The position numbers and the translations under genes were made by a program. A stretch of 64,000 bases of DNA. Origin: Candidatus Aminicenantes bacterium (GTDB taxonomy: Bacteria; Acidobacteriota; Aminicenantia; JAMOAD01). The DNA lies in assembly GCA_035403085.1 (NCBI GenBank), contig DAONEM010000007.1:452-64451 (forward strand). Reading direction: 5' to 3'. Positions within the stretch are counted from its first letter, which is position 1. Each line of letters opens with the position of its first letter. Under the pieces are notes generated by a model. It had not been told where the DNA came from, ran no database searches, and was given only the letters and a program-made list of their open reading frames with translations. This document shows positions 63,093-64,000 of the stretch, piece after piece.

Positions 63093-64000
63093 CAGAGACT
63101 CCTGTTCTTAAGCTTGTAGACATAGGCGAGAACCTCGGCGACAGCCTGGAAGAGGTCCAGGGGGATAGAGTCGCCGACCTCCACGTCCCCGTAGATTCTT
63201 CGGGCCAAGGGGGGGTTCTCGACGATGGGGACGTTGTGCTCCTTCCCCTTCTCCCGGATTCTTTGGGCGACCAGGTCGGCTCCCTTGGCCAGGAGCTGGG
63301 GCGCGGTCATGGACTTGCGGTCGTAGAGGAGGGCGACGGCGTAATGGGTCGGGTTCGTGATGATCACGTCCGCCTTCGGGACCTCTTGGATCATCCTCTT
63401 CATGGCGTAACTGTACTGGACGTTCCGGATCTTTCCCTTGATCCGGGGGTCTCCCTCGTTCATCTTGTACTCGTCCCGAACCTCCTGCTTGCTCATCTTC
63501 AGGTTCTGACGGAATTCGAACTTCTGGTAAAGATAGTCGAGGATCGAGAGGCTCAGGATGAAGAGGGCCGTCTTGAAAGAGAGGGAGAAGAGGAGGGCTC
63601 CGAGCTTGCGGAGGATGTCCATCAGGGGGAGGCCGGGCAGGCCGAGGATGGCGGGGAGCTCGTTGTCGATGATCCCGTAGGCGATCCAGCCGATGACGAT
63701 GAGCTTGAGGAAGTTCTTCAGGAGCTCGACCGCCGTGGCCTTGGAGAAGAGAACCCGCTTGATTCCTGTGAAGAAATTCAGCTTGTCCGCCTTGAACTGA
63801 ACCCTCTTCAGGTGGATGTTGATCGAACCCTGGGCGGCGGAGGCGAAGAAGGCCAGAGAGATGAAGAGGATGAAGAGGGGAAGGAGAAGGCCGACGTAGA
63901 AGGCCCCGGCGTTGGTCAAGGCGGAGAGGAAAGAGGTGTCCGAGAGACCCTTCTCCGCGGTCAGGGAGAAGTAGTACCGGAAGACGGCGATCAGCCTCTT
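63092..64000 (-). CDS. flhB: Flagellar export apparatus protein FlhB (partial; N-terminus beyond the window end)
   Basis: NPTH autocleavage motif (ITNPTHYAVAL). The track ORF begins at an internal TTG at 63919, but the frame stays open back to 64000 (…KRLIAVFRYYFSLTAEKGLSD…). Confidence 0.8.
   Translation of the reverse strand, partial: KRLIAVFRYYFSLTAEKGLSDTSFLSALTNAGAFYVGLLLPLFILFISLAFFASAAQGSINIHLKRVQFKADKLNFFTGIKRVLFSKATAVELLKNFLKLIVIGWIAYGIIDNELPAILGLPGLPLMDILRKLGALLFSLSFKTALFILSLSILDYLYQKFEFRQNLKMSKQEVRDEYKMNEGDPRIKGKIRNVQYSYAMKRMIQEVPKADVIITNPTHYAVALLYDRKSMTAPQLLAKGADLVAQRIREKGKEHNVPIVENPPLARRIYGDVEVGDSIPLDLFQAVAEVLAYVYKLKNRSL

Noticed and set aside
1-64000. CRISPR arrays, IS elements, prophage or toxin-antitoxin pairs
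   Set aside because: No spaced direct-repeat arrays are present. No transposase, integrase or phage-structural translations appear in any frame. Intergenic space is minimal, and the window is essentially core chromosome.

Overview
This window is a densely coding, roughly 60% GC bacterial chromosomal segment. It looks like a flagellated, anaerobic diderm, probably thermophilic, because it carries BamA/TamB, a four-subunit 2-oxoacid:ferredoxin oxidoreductase and a FlhF/FlhG/FliY-type flagellar system. Nearly all of it is core housekeeping DNA. The genes are valS (partial), surE, uvrA, holB, a PSP1/YaaT-like gene, parAB, the plsX-fabG-acpP-fabF lipid cluster with rpmF and yceD, a bifunctional formimidoyltransferase-cyclodeaminase, porDABG-like genes, bamA, tamB, a transaldolase, hslVU, mutS, and an 11 kb flagellar and chemotaxis block (cheB, two HDOD genes, cheR, fliY, fliM, fliA, flhG, flhF, flhA, flhB partial). 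There are two tRNAs, tRNA-Pro(GGG) on the plus strand and tRNA-Ser(GCU) on the minus strand. I found no CRISPR array, integrase, transposase or obvious defence island. The observations most worth following up are: (1) a Clp/Hsp100-type double AAA+ ATPase with a roughly 400 aa N-terminal region I do not recognise (TPR-like repeats) and a degenerate D1 module, whose start overlaps the stop of a DUF1015 gene just upstream of hslVU; (2) an A10 homopolymer that breaks the frame at the 5' end of tamB, exactly where an ATGA-coupled start would supply the missing signal anchor; (3) a UvrA that lacks the roughly 110 aa insertion domain; (4) a dGTPase-family protein whose HD dyad is replaced; (5) a stand-alone PqqD-family (RRE-like) ORF ahead of trmJ; (6) a MarR regulator next to a CoADR-rhodanese-TusA-DsrE fusion, with a perfect 13-2-13 palindrome and a G9 tract in the divergent intergenic region; (7) an orphan family-5 solute-binding protein overlapped by a HEAT/pseudo-receiver protein and FTCD; (8) a small cluster with atypical codon usage beside tRNA-Pro. 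All calls come from reading the translations and the DNA by eye; no database search was possible.
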